Assembly: GCF_009914755.1 (NCBI RefSeq)
Contig: NC_060943.1
DNA from: the human T2T-CHM13v2.0 reference genome, Homo sapiens
DNA: 64,000 nt
Strand: one strand, 5' to 3'
Shown: positions 63,374 through 64,000 of the stretch, one piece after another
How positions within the stretch are numbered: position 1 is the stretch's first letter
Layout: every line of letters begins with the position of its first letter
Notes under the pieces: generated by a model
The model's input: only the letters and a program-made list of their open reading frames with translations
What the model was told of the DNA's origin: nothing
Database searches by the model: none
Position numbers and translations under genes: made by a program

Positions 63374-64000
63374 TAAGCCATTTCTTGAGGGCATACTTTC
63401 CATCCCTCAGGATGGCTACAGTCAGGGGATGGCAAACTCCATTTGCCAGCCTCCAGCCAATGGAAAGTCATTAAAATCCTGCACCAAGATTTTCACTTAG
63501 GAACTTCCAACAGTAATTAACACAACTAGAAAAAGTCCAACCTCAGGAAATAGAACCATCTCTATTTAACCCAGATTTGGTATTAGTGAAAACTCTCCCT
63601 TCTCTGCTTCCCTAAGCCAAGCTAGGAAGGGCCCTGCACTGTTCTTCTCCCTCAGCAGTAAAAGTTACAGGTATCAAGTTCTGAATACATGACACTCAAA
63701 TCAAAGCCTGAAGAGCTGAGGGAGCAACCCCTGATGGCCCAGAGGAACGTCCTCAATATCAATGTGAAAAAATAGAAGAACTTAAGCTGAAAACCATAAA
63801 AGATAAGTGAGGTCTACTCATCTTACTCAGTCTCATTTACTCCTCACTAAATAATTTTTTAAATTTTTGCCCTTTTCTCTCAAAATTTACTTTAATATCT
63901 TAAAATATTAGAACATTTAAAAATGCATACATGCAGGGAGATTTTAATTATACATGGGTTTGCATTTGTAATTTCATAGAACCCCAAAGGAAAATGTTAT

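Overview
This is primate (hominoid-type) genomic DNA from a KRAB zinc-finger gene cluster. The combination of a ZNF100-like gene and MTDH pseudogenes suggests human 19p12, which is an inference from recalled sequences. I found no intact cellular gene. In order the window holds: (1) the pro-pol-env part of an HML-6-like betaretroviral provirus, then an LTR3 stub, then a second HML-6 5' LTR-PBS-gag; (2) an AluY without target-site duplication (TSD) that marks a deletion or rearrangement junction; (3) an L1-mobilised HERV-W processed pseudogene (starts at R, ends in poly(A), has a TSD, pol fused in frame to env) inserted into a CPSF6 retrocopy, which itself sits in a MER57-like ERV; (4) a ZNF100-like KRAB-ZNF pseudogene on the + strand (KRAB-A, frameshifted KRAB-B, spacer stop, 6 open C2H2 fingers) with Alu/L1-filled introns; (5) a two-LTR HML-3/MER9 provirus on the - strand with an open RNase H-integrase frame; (6) two head-to-head MTDH processed pseudogenes forming a decayed inverted duplication in which only one arm keeps its CpG island; (7) a tRNA-Pro-primed ERV1 provirus inserted in the second MTDH copy and carrying nested Alu and L1PA insertions. 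Roughly 40% of the window is ERV-derived. The most unusual items are the nested retro-element stack at 3.8-12.5 kb, including a chimeric CPSF6/poly-Phe ORF, and the asymmetric MTDH palindrome. These are hypotheses about local genome evolution. I cannot demonstrate a new functional system from sequence alone. Family names come from my recall of consensus sequences, not from a database search.
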